In this document: positions 1-8,219 of the stretch, one piece after another
Position numbering within the stretch: the stretch's first letter is position 1
How the letters are laid out: every line of letters starts with the position of its first letter
Source of the DNA: a virus
Taxonomy: Duplodnaviria > Caudoviricetes
DNA length: 64,000 bases
IMG/VR virus record: IMGVR_UViG_3300044701_003213
Location: 1,508 to 65,507 of that record
Strand: one strand, 5' to 3'
Made by a program: the position numbers and the translations under genes
Notes under the pieces: model-generated
Seen by the model: only the letters and a program-made list of their open reading frames with translations
What the model was told of the DNA's origin: nothing
Databases searched by the model: none

Positions 1-1
1 C

Positions 2-547
2 TCCTTTGGTGTAGCAGCAATCTTCAGGTTTCTTTTATTCCTTCAGGGTTTCCATAACTGGACTCTCAATCCCTTCCACATGATGGGAGTTGCTGGTATA
101 CTTGGTGGAGCACTGCTCTGTGCGATTCATGGAGCAACTGTAGAAAATACTCTATTTGAAGATAGTGATCAAGCAAACACTTTCAAAGCATTTGAACCTA
201 CACAAGAAGAAGAGACCTATTCGATGGTTACAGCAAATCGTTTTTGGTCACAGATTTTCGGCATTGCTTTTAGTAACAAGCGTTGGCTTCATTTTTTCAT
301 GCTGTTTGTACCTGTCATGGGGTTATGGACTAGTAGCATTGGTATTATCGGTCTGGCTCTTAATCTTCGTGCTTACGACTTTGTAAGTCAGGAGATTAGA
401 GCGGCAGAGGATCCTGAGTTTGAAACGTTCTATACAAAGAACATCCTCCTTAATGAGGGACTTCGAGCGTGGATGGCTCCAGTAGATCAACCACACGAGA
501 ACTTTGTGTTCCCAGAGGAAGTCTTGCCTAGAGGTAATGCTCTGTGA
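2..547 (+). CDS. psbD: Photosystem II D2 protein (5'-truncated by window edge)
   Basis: Frame open from position 2: [32 protein letters not shown]...[10 protein letters not shown], the canonical D2 C-terminus. Confidence 0.98.
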   Translation, partial: SFGVAAIFRFLLFLQGFHNWTLNPFHMMGVAGILGGALLCAIHGATVENTLFEDSDQANTFKAFEPTQEEETYSMVTANRFWSQIFGIAFSNKRWLHFFMLFVPVMGLWTSSIGIIGLALNLRAYDFVSQEIRAAEDPEFETFYTKNILLNEGLRAWMAPVDQPHENFVFPEEVLPRGNAL

Positions 548-553
548 TATACT

Positions 554-576
554 AGGAGGGGAAACCCTCCTTTTTT
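554..576 (+). terminator. Intrinsic terminator after psbD
   Basis: aggaggg-gaaa-ccctcct hairpin (GNRA loop) followed by T-run. Confidence 0.85.
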
Positions 577-1326
577 ATGATTAGTTTAAAAACAATTCAT
601 GAATTAGTAGATATACTAGAAAATATTGATCCCAATCTATCCAATAAATTTAAAAAAATAAAAACACCAATTAATTTTTTTGATGTACTAAACATATTTG
701 GATATAATGAGTTACCAAAAATAATAGTATATAAAGATACTAATATAAAAATAGAAATATGTGATGAAGAATTTCATTTGTTATTATCTAATAATAGGTG
801 GATGACATTTTCTCCTTATACATTCGAGCAAATATTTGAACTATACTCTCATTATTCTTTAGCTGAAGGTCATTGTATTTGCACTGGACTAGGATTTGGA
901 TTAAGAGAAAAATGGTTACTATCAAATAAAAAAGTTTCTAAAGTAACAGTTTTAGAAAATAGCAAAGAGATAATAGAATATCACAAAAAGGTAAATCCAA
1001 ACCTAGTAGAACAAATTGAAATTATTAATTGTAATGCTTCTGAATTTAAAGGAAAATGTGATACTTTATTATTAGATCATTATGAATATGAATCTACATT
1101 CAATCTAAAAACTTTTTCTGATTTTGATAATATAAAAATTTGCTCAGAAAACATAGATCACAAAAAACTATGGTTTTGGCCAATAGAGGAGATTATTTCT
1201 AGAAATGATTTAGCAGATGAATATGCAACATATCAACTCTTAAGAAAAGAATATCAAACTCTACCTAATATAGAAAAAGATAAGTTGATTTCTTATTGTA
1301 AAATATTTAATTTTTTTAGTCGATGA
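577..1326 (+). CDS. Class I SAM-dependent methyltransferase / spermidine synthase-like protein
   Basis: ICTGLGFGL motif I, VTVLENS acidic strand 2, DTLLLDH; very AT-rich. Confidence 0.55.
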   Translation: MISLKTIHELVDILENIDPNLSNKFKKIKTPINFFDVLNIFGYNELPKIIVYKDTNIKIEICDEEFHLLLSNNRWMTFSPYTFEQIFELYSHYSLAEGHCICTGLGFGLREKWLLSNKKVSKVTVLENSKEIIEYHKKVNPNLVEQIEIINCNASEFKGKCDTLLLDHYEYESTFNLKTFSDFDNIKICSENIDHKKLWFWPIEEIISRNDLADEYATYQLLRKEYQTLPNIEKDKLISYCKIFNFFSR

Positions 1327-1700
1327 ATATGATTAGTTCAGAAACTCCATATAAATTAGCAGAAATCATACGAGATACTTGGCCACAACTTTATTTTAAT
1401 AATAAATACAATACAAAAAAAATTACAAAGGAATTGAAGAATATGGAAATTAAGAAGAATGTTTTTGTAGTTTATTCTAAAGATGGATGCCCTTGGTGTG
1501 TAAAGATTAAACAAGCTTTAGAGCTTGCAGAAGTTACTCATGTTGTATATAATCTAGATGAACATTTTACTAGAGAGGATTTTTACAAAGAGTTTGGTGA
1601 AGATTCAACTTTTCCTCAAGTAATGATAGATGGAACTCCAATTGGTGGATGTTCTGATACTATTAAATATATGAAAGAGCAAAAAATCGTTAACTTTTAA
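1323..1700 (+). CDS. Glutaredoxin (NrdC-like); core probably starts at ATG 1443
   Basis: YSKDGCPWC, TFPQV, IGGC motifs. Confidence 0.9.
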   Translation: MNMISSETPYKLAEIIRDTWPQLYFNNKYNTKKITKELKNMEIKKNVFVVYSKDGCPWCVKIKQALELAEVTHVVYNLDEHFTREDFYKEFGEDSTFPQVMIDGTPIGGCSDTIKYMKEQKIVNF

Positions 1701-2065
1701 TGGAAAATAATTTTAAAAATTTAGAAATTTTTTTTGATGTAGAAAAAGCTATTGATTATGCTTTTGAGGGTAGATTCGTTCTTAATTTTTATGAATATTT
1801 AAAAGTAAAAGAATCTAAGAGAAAAGACGTTGAAGAATTTCTGAACAGTTCTTGCTATAAAAACATAGTAGAGATTGTTAAAAATCTAGAGGAGTATCTA
1901 GAAGGCGGATCGGATAATGCACATAAGCAATTGAGAGAAGCATACGGACATATCTCTAAACCAGAAGCGAGGAAAATTAAAAATTACTTAATTGAAATTT
2001 TAGAAGATTCGGAAAAATATTTAAATGATAAAAGACCAGGAAGGAAAAGAAAACAAACTAAATAA
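1700..2065 (+). CDS. Cyanophage-type hypothetical protein
   Basis: 121-aa ORF in tight operon; EYLEGGSDNAHKQLREAYGHI. Confidence 0.75.
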   Translation: MENNFKNLEIFFDVEKAIDYAFEGRFVLNFYEYLKVKESKRKDVEEFLNSSCYKNIVEIVKNLEEYLEGGSDNAHKQLREAYGHISKPEARKIKNYLIEILEDSEKYLNDKRPGRKRKQTK

Positions 2066-2237
2066 GTCAGATCTCCAAATCAACAGGGGATTTGAGTTGA
2101 TGTTGAGAACTACTAACAGAGGAGGAGATAAAAAACCAAAGACTTTCGAAATAAGTTTTGGTAAAATGTTTAGTCTCTTTAAAAGAGAAATACATTTTAA
2201 CTTAAACTTCTTCTTAAATATAACCCAAAAACAATAA
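2025..2237 (+). CDS. Hypothetical protein
   Basis: 70-aa ORF filling the gap between operon genes; start uncertain. Confidence 0.55.
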   Translation: MIKDQEGKENKLNKSDLQINRGFELMLRTTNRGGDKKPKTFEISFGKMFSLFKREIHFNLNFFLNITQKQ

Positions 2238-2249
2238 GGGAGAAAAACC

Positions 2250-2477
2250 ATGTTAGCAGTAACTCTCACTTTAGGTACACTAATATCTGTAATGTTCTTT
2301 TTTGTGGGAGGCGTTATTGGATGGACAGCAAAGCAATATTTTGTAGAAAAAAATTATATTGCATATACTCATCCAGAAATGTTTGACCAAAATGGTAATA
2401 TAATACCCGACGAAATTTTAGCCGTGAGATTTGAAAACGATTATGACTACAACGAAGACGAAGACGAAAACGAATAG
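2250..2477 (+). CDS. Small membrane protein
   Basis: GGAG RBS; N-terminal TM helix; HPEMFD-NGN motif. Confidence 0.75.
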   Translation: MLAVTLTLGTLISVMFFFVGGVIGWTAKQYFVEKNYIAYTHPEMFDQNGNIIPDEILAVRFENDYDYNEDEDENE

Positions 2478-3021
2478 TTCCGTAGAACTTCCACCAAATG
2501 CTTTTCAATATGAAATTTTAGAGTTAGTTTCCATTCAAAAAACTAACTCTAAAAAAATTGAAATCTTGCAAAAATATGCTAATGATGCATTGAAGGTTAT
2601 TCTTGTTTGGAATTTTGATGATTCTGTAATATCACTTCTTCCCCCCGGAGAAGTTCCCTACTCTGGTATTGAAGAACAAACTCTATTGAATGGAAGTTTG
2701 AGTGATAATTTAACTAAGAGAGCGAATAATCAATCTCCAGAAACTATTGCTTTTGCTGGTACTGAAGAACGTGTAGATGCTCAACACACGTCCATAAGAT
2801 CCGAGTATAAAAATTTTTACAACTTTGTTAAAGGTGGAAATGACAGTATTTCTTCAATGAGAAGAGAGTTGATGTTTATAAACATCCTAAAAGGATTGCA
2901 CCCTAAAGAAGCAGAAATTTTGTGTTTGGTAAAAGATAAAAAACTTGCCGATAAATATAAAATATCTCTTGAAGTAGTAAAAGAAGCCTATCCTGATATT
3001 ACTTGGGGTGGTCGCTCATGA
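2443..3021 (+). CDS. T4-like cyanophage hypothetical protein
   Basis: WNFDDSVISLLPPGEVPY and RRELMFINILKGLHPKEAE motifs. Confidence 0.8.
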   Translation: MTTTKTKTKTNSSVELPPNAFQYEILELVSIQKTNSKKIEILQKYANDALKVILVWNFDDSVISLLPPGEVPYSGIEEQTLLNGSLSDNLTKRANNQSPETIAFAGTEERVDAQHTSIRSEYKNFYNFVKGGNDSISSMRRELMFINILKGLHPKEAEILCLVKDKKLADKYKISLEVVKEAYPDITWGGRS

Positions 3022-3350
3022 GAGGAGTAGTAGCAGGTAAAAAAATGGAGCAATGGACTCAACAAGAAAAGAAAGAACTTCCAACTCAGTATGGATGCGA
3101 ATTGCTCTTTGAAAGAGCTACCTTAGAACAAGTCAAGGATAAAAGTCTTCCTAGTGATGCGTATATTATTATCTACGAAGTAGATGGAAATTCATATATG
3201 GATTTATGTAGGGGAACTAAGGTTAAAATTTTTGATCTTTATTATGATAAGTTTGGTCCTGGGTCAGTTAAAAAAATTGATTTTGGATACGGACGTACTA
3301 ATCCCAAACTATGGGGATATAAACAACCAGAAAAAAAGAAAAAAAGATGA
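3018..3350 (+). CDS. Hypothetical protein
   Basis: ATGA overlap with upstream gene; IFDLYYDKFG, GYGRTNPKLWG. Confidence 0.75.
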   Translation: MRGVVAGKKMEQWTQQEKKELPTQYGCELLFERATLEQVKDKSLPSDAYIIIYEVDGNSYMDLCRGTKVKIFDLYYDKFGPGSVKKIDFGYGRTNPKLWGYKQPEKKKKR

Positions 3351-3529
3351 GTGAAGGTTTTACTAATAAGAAATCTGATAAAAGATCTTACAACGAAGAA
3401 GTTCAAGATATTCTAAGAAAGTATAAAAAAATTAAAAAATATATGCGTTCTTCTCTTTTCAATGTTAAAATGATTGATGGTACAGAAAAGATCGTGAGTG
3501 AACTTATGAAAGATCAAGGAGCAAATTGA
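3347..3529 (+). CDS. Hypothetical protein
   Basis: ATGA overlap, 60 aa. Confidence 0.65.
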   Translation: MSEGFTNKKSDKRSYNEEVQDILRKYKKIKKYMRSSLFNVKMIDGTEKIVSELMKDQGAN

Positions 3530-3535
3530 AGAGAA

Positions 3536-3862
3536 GTGGGAAAGCATTACTTACTTAACTTGTACGGATGCTCGTTTGTCCTTTTGGATGACGAGCGTTG
3601 TCTTATTGACTTACTAGAAAACGCAGCAGTTGCTAGTGGTGCTACTGTGATTCAGACTATCTCAAAGAAGTTTGAACCACAAGGAGTTACTGTAGTCTGC
3701 TTGCTTTCGGAAAGTCATATCAGTATTCATACTTGGCCTGAGGAAGGTAAAGCAGCAGTTGATGTTTATACTTGTGGCGATTGTAACCCAAAGATCGGGT
3801 GTGATATGATCATCCATCAACTTTATGCTCAAGATCATACGCTCAGTTATATTGAGCGGTAA
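3536..3862 (+). CDS. speD: S-adenosylmethionine decarboxylase proenzyme
   Basis: FEPQGVT, LSESHISIHTWPE (self-cleavage site), DVYTCG. Confidence 0.95.
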   Translation: MGKHYLLNLYGCSFVLLDDERCLIDLLENAAVASGATVIQTISKKFEPQGVTVVCLLSESHISIHTWPEEGKAAVDVYTCGDCNPKIGCDMIIHQLYAQDHTLSYIER

Positions 3863-3889
3863 CTAAATACACTATATCTGGAGAAGACT

Positions 3890-4207
3890 ATGCTCTCTAC
3901 TCAGTACCGTTTGCGCCTTGAAGCAATTTGTGAACGTATTGCAAAAGGCGAATCTGTAGAGCTAAGTGATATGATTTGGGCTGAAAAACTTGCTAAATCA
4001 AATCGTTCTGCTGCAACTATTCTGAGGCAGGCACGAAGACGTGCTGCTAATCCTGATATGCAGGAGGGTAGCCTTGATGATTTCATGAATGCTCTGGACC
4101 TTGGTGATCCAGATCCTTCAAATCATAGAACTGGATTTTATAGCGCGGATGATATAATTGATTTCTTTTCTGGAGATAAACCAGATGATTGGAGACAAAG
4201 GGATTAA
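3890..4207 (+). CDS. Cyanophage-type hypothetical protein
   Basis: GGAG RBS; upstream CTAAATA late-promoter-like motif; MLSTQYRLRLE...DDWRQRD. Confidence 0.8.
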   Translation: MLSTQYRLRLEAICERIAKGESVELSDMIWAEKLAKSNRSAATILRQARRRAANPDMQEGSLDDFMNALDLGDPDPSNHRTGFYSADDIIDFFSGDKPDDWRQRD

Positions 4208-4211
4208 AAAT

Positions 4212-4227
4212 TGTATCACATTTTACA
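4212..4227. promoter_or_regulatory. Putative NtcA binding site
   Basis: tGTAtcacatttTACa matches TGTA-N8-TACA exactly. Confidence 0.6.
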
Positions 4228-4234
4228 AAAAGAC

Positions 4235-4264
4235 TTGTCTATATAGAGGCAATAGGTCTATAAT
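4235..4264 (+). promoter_or_regulatory. Sigma70-type promoter for the riboswitch transcript
   Basis: TTGTCT-N18-TATAAT; predicted start about 4270-4271, just before the aptamer. Confidence 0.6.
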
Positions 4265-4271
4265 GACCTTA

Positions 4272-4487
4272 CGTTCATCCCTATGGGACGGAAGTAAGCC
4301 GACTCGGAACGGATCGTTCATCTATGGAAGCACTCCTTTTAACCTGCCTACAAGCAAATTTTATTATTGGAAGGGTACTTACTCATCCAAAGTTAGATGC
4401 CCAACAAAAAAATGATATCGTTTGGGAATTAAAACAAGTAACTAGAAAAGGTTGTTTCATAGACGCAAAAGCCGACTGAAGGAACGC
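4272..4487 (+). ncRNA. Tandem glutamine riboswitch (glnA / Downstream-peptide family); second aptamer interrupted by an ORF
   Basis: CGTTCATCC-..-GGACGGAAGTAAGCCGAC-..-GGAACG, then CGTTCATCTATG...CATAGACGCAAAAGCCGACTGAAGGAACG; lies upstream of a DUF4278 gene as in picocyanobacteria. Confidence 0.75.
4324..4479 (+). CDS. 51-aa peptide nested in the riboswitch (MEALLLTCLQANFIIGRV...KGCFIDAKAD)
   Basis: Manual translation, ATG 4324 to TGA 4477-4479; below the ORF-track cut-off. Confidence 0.6.
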   Translation: MEALLLTCLQANFIIGRVLTHPKLDAQQKNDIVWELKQVTRKGCFIDAKAD

Positions 4488-4517
4488 TCTTTAACCACAA
4501 AATTAAGGAGAACCCTA

Positions 4518-4682
4518 ATGTCTAAAGTTGTATATCGTGGTGTCGAATACGATACTACAGATCGTCCTAATCAAAATGTAAGACCACCAGCACACGTAGA
4601 AATCTATCGTGGGGTTTTATTTTATGTTGATGAAAATGGAAACAAACTCTCTATGGAAAAATCCAAGGGAGGTGCAAAATGA
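4518..4682 (+). CDS. DUF4278 family protein
   Basis: AAGGAG RBS; MSKVVYRGVEYD...EIYRGV with two YRG motifs. Confidence 0.8.
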   Translation: MSKVVYRGVEYDTTDRPNQNVRPPAHVEIYRGVLFYVDENGNKLSMEKSKGGAK

Positions 4683-4780
4683 ACACTTACTTCGTTCGTT
4701 ATCTTAAGAAAAAAGCAAAGAAAGAAAATCTTCTTAAAGCTGCACAATTAAATATGGCGAAGCAACCACAGATTGCTTGA
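4679..4780 (+). CDS. 33-aa basic peptide (MNTYFVRYLKKKAKKENLLKAAQLNMAKQPQIA)
   Basis: ATGA overlap with DUF4278 stop; GGAGG RBS; ends just before a terminator. Confidence 0.65.
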   Translation: MNTYFVRYLKKKAKKENLLKAAQLNMAKQPQIA

Positions 4781-4783
4781 TCA

Positions 4784-4813
4784 AAGAGGGGACTTGACTC
4801 CCCTCTTTTTTTT
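4784..4813 (+). terminator. Intrinsic terminator closing the DUF4278 unit
   Basis: aagagggga...tcccctctt hairpin plus T-run. Confidence 0.85.
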
Positions 4814-4822
4814 GTGTATAAT
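4794..4822 (+). promoter_or_regulatory. Sigma70-type promoter overlapping the terminator
   Basis: TTGACT-N17-TATAAT. Confidence 0.75.
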
Positions 4823-4844
4823 TACCTTTGTCGAGGTTGATTAA

Positions 4845-5012
4845 ATGGATAGAGAGAAGCTTAAAGTAATCATAACTCAGATGGAAACTTTACTTGATGT
4901 TCTTAAATCAGAGGTTTACTCTGATCCATCTTCGTACTATAATAATGAGAAGCATATTCCTATTTTGGATTATGATGAAATCTATGACGATGATGATGGT
5001 TACCCAGATTAA
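4845..5012 (+). CDS. Small acidic hypothetical protein (55 aa)
   Basis: GAGG RBS; MDREKLKVII...LKSEVYSD...DYDEIYDDDDGYPD, manual translation. Confidence 0.7.
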   Translation: MDREKLKVIITQMETLLDVLKSEVYSDPSSYYNNEKHIPILDYDEIYDDDDGYPD

Positions 5013-5014
5013 AC

Positions 5015-5203
5015 ATGTATGAAGATTTAACTGCTTTCGAAAGAGCACTTGCTAGGTTTGGAGATAAGGTCCAATATGTAATTGGACTTGAGATTACAAA
5101 CAGAATGAGTCCTGAAACTGCATATCAGGAAATAAAAGAAATGATGAAGGAACTTAAAAAACTTCGTAAAAAAGAAAAAGAAACTTGGGAGAATGGCGAA
5201 TGA
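5015..5203 (+). CDS. Hypothetical protein
   Basis: 62-aa ORF overlapping the thyX start. Confidence 0.7.
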   Translation: MYEDLTAFERALARFGDKVQYVIGLEITNRMSPETAYQEIKEMMKELKKLRKKEKETWENGE

Positions 5204-5892
5204 CTCAAAGTGTAAAACTTATTAGTGTAACTCCAGGAGCTGAAAAGCACATGGCGTACTGTGCTCGTGTAAGTAATCCTAATAATCAAGAGAATGAAAA
5301 TTTTACTGGACTAATTAAGTATTGTATTAAGCATCAGCATTGGAGTATTTTTGAGCAGGCATTTATGACTGTTGAAATTAATACAACACGAGGACTAGCA
5401 GCACAAATTCTACGTCACCGTTCATTTACATATCAAGAATTTTCACAGAGGTATGCTGATACTTCCCTCCTAACCGATCATATTCCTGTTCCAGATCTTC
5501 GTCGTCAGGATGAAAAGAATAGGCAAAACTCCACCGATGATCTTGAAGGATATCTAAAGTTAACTCTTCAGGGAGAGATTGCTAATCACTTTGCTAACGC
5601 GAATGCCCTCTACAAGCGTCTTCTGAACGCAGGAGTTGCTAAAGAATGTGCAAGGTTCGTACTTCCTCTAGCAACCCCTACACGCCTCTATATGACCGGT
5701 TCTGTGCGGTCTTGGATCCATTACATTGATCTTCGTTCTGCTAATGGAACTCAGAAGGAACATATGGAAATTGCAGAACTTGTAAGGTGTATTTTCTGCT
5801 GTCAATTCCCAACTGTATCTGAAGCACTTGGATGGACGCCTAAAGATTATTGCCCAGAATGTGTGGATGCCCCTTCAATAACTATTGAATAA
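5200..5892 (+). CDS. thyX: FAD-dependent thymidylate synthase
   Basis: RHRSFTYQEFSQRY signature (RHRx7S); HWSIFE; ECARFVLP. Confidence 0.96.
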   Translation: MTQSVKLISVTPGAEKHMAYCARVSNPNNQENENFTGLIKYCIKHQHWSIFEQAFMTVEINTTRGLAAQILRHRSFTYQEFSQRYADTSLLTDHIPVPDLRRQDEKNRQNSTDDLEGYLKLTLQGEIANHFANANALYKRLLNAGVAKECARFVLPLATPTRLYMTGSVRSWIHYIDLRSANGTQKEHMEIAELVRCIFCCQFPTVSEALGWTPKDYCPECVDAPSITIE

Positions 5893-5924
5893 ATATAATG
5901 TATTAAATTTTTATAAGATGGTTT

Positions 5925-6497
5925 ATGAGAGTATTTCAAAACATTAAACCAGATATAATCGTAGGATTAATTGTAAATTGCGGTGTAGTAGCAATATTTC
6001 AAGGTAGATCAGAAGCTGGTCCCAGAGCTCTTGGTAATAGATCCTTGCTTTTTAATCCATTAATGTCTCGTGGTAGAGAGTATGTAAACAAGTTGAAAAA
6101 GAGAGAGCAGTGGAGACCTTTTGCTGGAGTAGTTTCTCTAGATGACGTACACGATTGGTTTGATATTGGTAGATTAGATAGTTCTCCTTTCATGACTTAT
6201 GCAGTCAATGTAAAAGAAAATACTGAATTTAAACTACACTCTATCACTCACAATGATGGAACTTGTAGGATTCAAACTATAACGGAAGAGCAGAATAAGC
6301 ATTTGTATGCATTGCTTATGACCTTAAAGGATCAAGGTCTTCCTCCTATTCTAGGAAATACCTCTTTTAATCTAGCTGGAGAACCTCTTGTTGAAACATA
6401 TGATGATGCAATAAATACATTGAAAAATTCAGAACTTGAGTTCTTGTATCTTCCTGAGACAATGGAATTAGTCTACATCGCAAACGAAACAAAATGA
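5925..6497 (+). CDS. Carbamoyltransferase C-terminal (YrdC-like) domain, stand-alone (C1)
   Basis: FQGRSEAGPRALGNRSLL, KKREQWRPFA, HNDGTCRIQT, NTSFNLAGEP. Confidence 0.9.
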   Translation: MRVFQNIKPDIIVGLIVNCGVVAIFQGRSEAGPRALGNRSLLFNPLMSRGREYVNKLKKREQWRPFAGVVSLDDVHDWFDIGRLDSSPFMTYAVNVKENTEFKLHSITHNDGTCRIQTITEEQNKHLYALLMTLKDQGLPPILGNTSFNLAGEPLVETYDDAINTLKNSELEFLYLPETMELVYIANETK

Positions 6498-7654
6498 AAA
6501 TATTAGGAATTAACATTTCTCATCATTCTTCATCATGTCTTTTAGAAGATGGGAATATTCTTTACTTTTTAGAAGAGGAAAGAATCTCTAGGATAAAAGA
6601 ACACTGTTATCTTTGGAATGGTGAGACTGCATTTTTTATTAATAAATTAAAATCATACACAAACCATGTAGATTACATTATCTTTTCCTCTTTTGGTAGA
6701 GAAATTGGAGATGATTCTGGTAAGTATTCCAATCATGATAAAGATCCAGACAAATATTTGGTTGAAAAACTTTTAACACAAATCAAAGAGTCTGGTATTG
6801 GTGTTGGTGAAGTTGTGTTTAGTAAAAATGAACATCATTTATACCATGCATCAAATGCTTTTTATGGATCTGGATTTGATGATGCAGTTTGTTTGGTGAT
6901 GGATGGTGGAGGCGCTTTGTATAATGACGAGGATAAATCTTTAGCGCGATTAACTGGCGAAGAAGATCCTTTGTTCCGAGAGATAGAATCATATTATCAA
7001 TTCTCATACGGACAAGAACCAAAAACTCTTCATAAACACTACACTTATGAAGATGATTTTGAGAAATCATTTGTTTATAAGCATAATGGTAATGTATTTT
7101 CTAGTACCAGAAGTAATGGTGGATTATTTAATATTCTAGGGTCTGTTCTTGGTTTTAATTCTGGAGTGGATGCTGGTAAAGTTATGGGTTTATCTTCTTA
7201 TGCAAAGAAAGAAAAAGGAGATTCTGATAGGTGGTATGAAAACATTGATTGGTTCGTAGAGAAAGAGGGGGAGTGGATAACTTCTGAAAAAGTTAGAATT
7301 AAGGATTTTGATGATAACTGCAAGTTTAATAGGTTTAAGTTTGAAGAAGAGGATCTTAGACTAAAATCTAAATTAGCAAAGAAACTTCAAGATGAAACTT
7401 TAAATCATACAAATCGATTAATTAAAAAAGCTTTCGAACTATCAGACTCTAAAAATATTGTTCTGTCTGGTGGTTATTCTTTGAATTGCTTAAACAACTT
7501 CAAGTATCTTGATTCTTTACCATCGGATGCTAATATTTTTATTGATCCTATTTCTAATGATGCTGGTACTGCTATGGGAGCAGCAAAATATCTGTGGTAT
7601 AAATTGAGCGGGTCTACAAATAAAAATCCCCTTAAAAATTTATTTTTAGGTTAA
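6494..7654 (+). CDS. Carbamoyltransferase N-terminal (Kae1-like) domain, stand-alone (N1)
   Basis: EEERISRIK, HHLYHA, DGGG, GKVMGLS, LSGGYSLN, NDAGTAMGAA. Confidence 0.9.
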   Translation: MKILGINISHHSSSCLLEDGNILYFLEEERISRIKEHCYLWNGETAFFINKLKSYTNHVDYIIFSSFGREIGDDSGKYSNHDKDPDKYLVEKLLTQIKESGIGVGEVVFSKNEHHLYHASNAFYGSGFDDAVCLVMDGGGALYNDEDKSLARLTGEEDPLFREIESYYQFSYGQEPKTLHKHYTYEDDFEKSFVYKHNGNVFSSTRSNGGLFNILGSVLGFNSGVDAGKVMGLSSYAKKEKGDSDRWYENIDWFVEKEGEWITSEKVRIKDFDDNCKFNRFKFEEEDLRLKSKLAKKLQDETLNHTNRLIKKAFELSDSKNIVLSGGYSLNCLNNFKYLDSLPSDANIFIDPISNDAGTAMGAAKYLWYKLSGSTNKNPLKNLFLG

Positions 7655-7655
7655 T

Positions 7656-8219
7656 ATGAATTGTATTGAAGATGTTTCTTATTTTGATGTAATTCAAAAG
7701 ATCCTAGAGTCAAAGATAGTAGCAATATTTCAAGGAAAATCTGAGGGTGGTCCTAGAGCTTTGGGTAATAGGTCAATACTATTTGACCCAAGAGTGCCTA
7801 ATGGGAAAGATATTGTTAATACTGTAAAGAAAAGAGAATCATTTAGACCTTTTGCTGGGTCTATTTTGTATGAACATTCTCACGATTGGTTTGATATGTT
7901 GGGTTTAGATGAGTCTCCATTCATGACCTATGCTTTTCAATGCAGAGAAGATAAAAAGAAATTTATACCTTCCATTGTTCATATTGATGGTACATGCAGA
8001 ATACAGACAGTTAAAAAGAAACAAAATGAAGTATATTATTCTTTAATTCATGAGTTTTATAATCAAACTGGCGTTCCCATATTATTAAATACTTCTTTCA
8101 ATCTAGCTGGAGAAGCAATGGTTGAAACTCCCGAAGATGCTATTCATACCTTTAAAAATTCGGGTATTGATTTTTTGTATTTTCCGGAAATAAAATGCTT
8201 ATTGGAGAAGAATAGATGA
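7656..8219 (+). CDS. Carbamoyltransferase C-terminal domain, stand-alone (C2)
   Basis: GPRALGNRSIL, KKRESFRPFA, HIDGTCRIQTV, NTSFNLAGE. Confidence 0.9.
   Translation: MNCIEDVSYFDVIQKILESKIVAIFQGKSEGGPRALGNRSILFDPRVPNGKDIVNTVKKRESFRPFAGSILYEHSHDWFDMLGLDESPFMTYAFQCREDKKKFIPSIVHIDGTCRIQTVKKKQNEVYYSLIHEFYNQTGVPILLNTSFNLAGEAMVETPEDAIHTFKNSGIDFLYFPEIKCLLEKNR

Noticed and set aside
4158-4415. 85-aa ORF across the promoter and riboswitch, and the 4452 start for DUF4278
   Set aside because: They overlap the promoter and aptamers without an RBS; better-supported starts are 4324 and 4518
2-5892. Introns, inteins or homing endonucleases in psbD or thyX
   Set aside because: Both frames are uninterrupted and of normal length in the visible part
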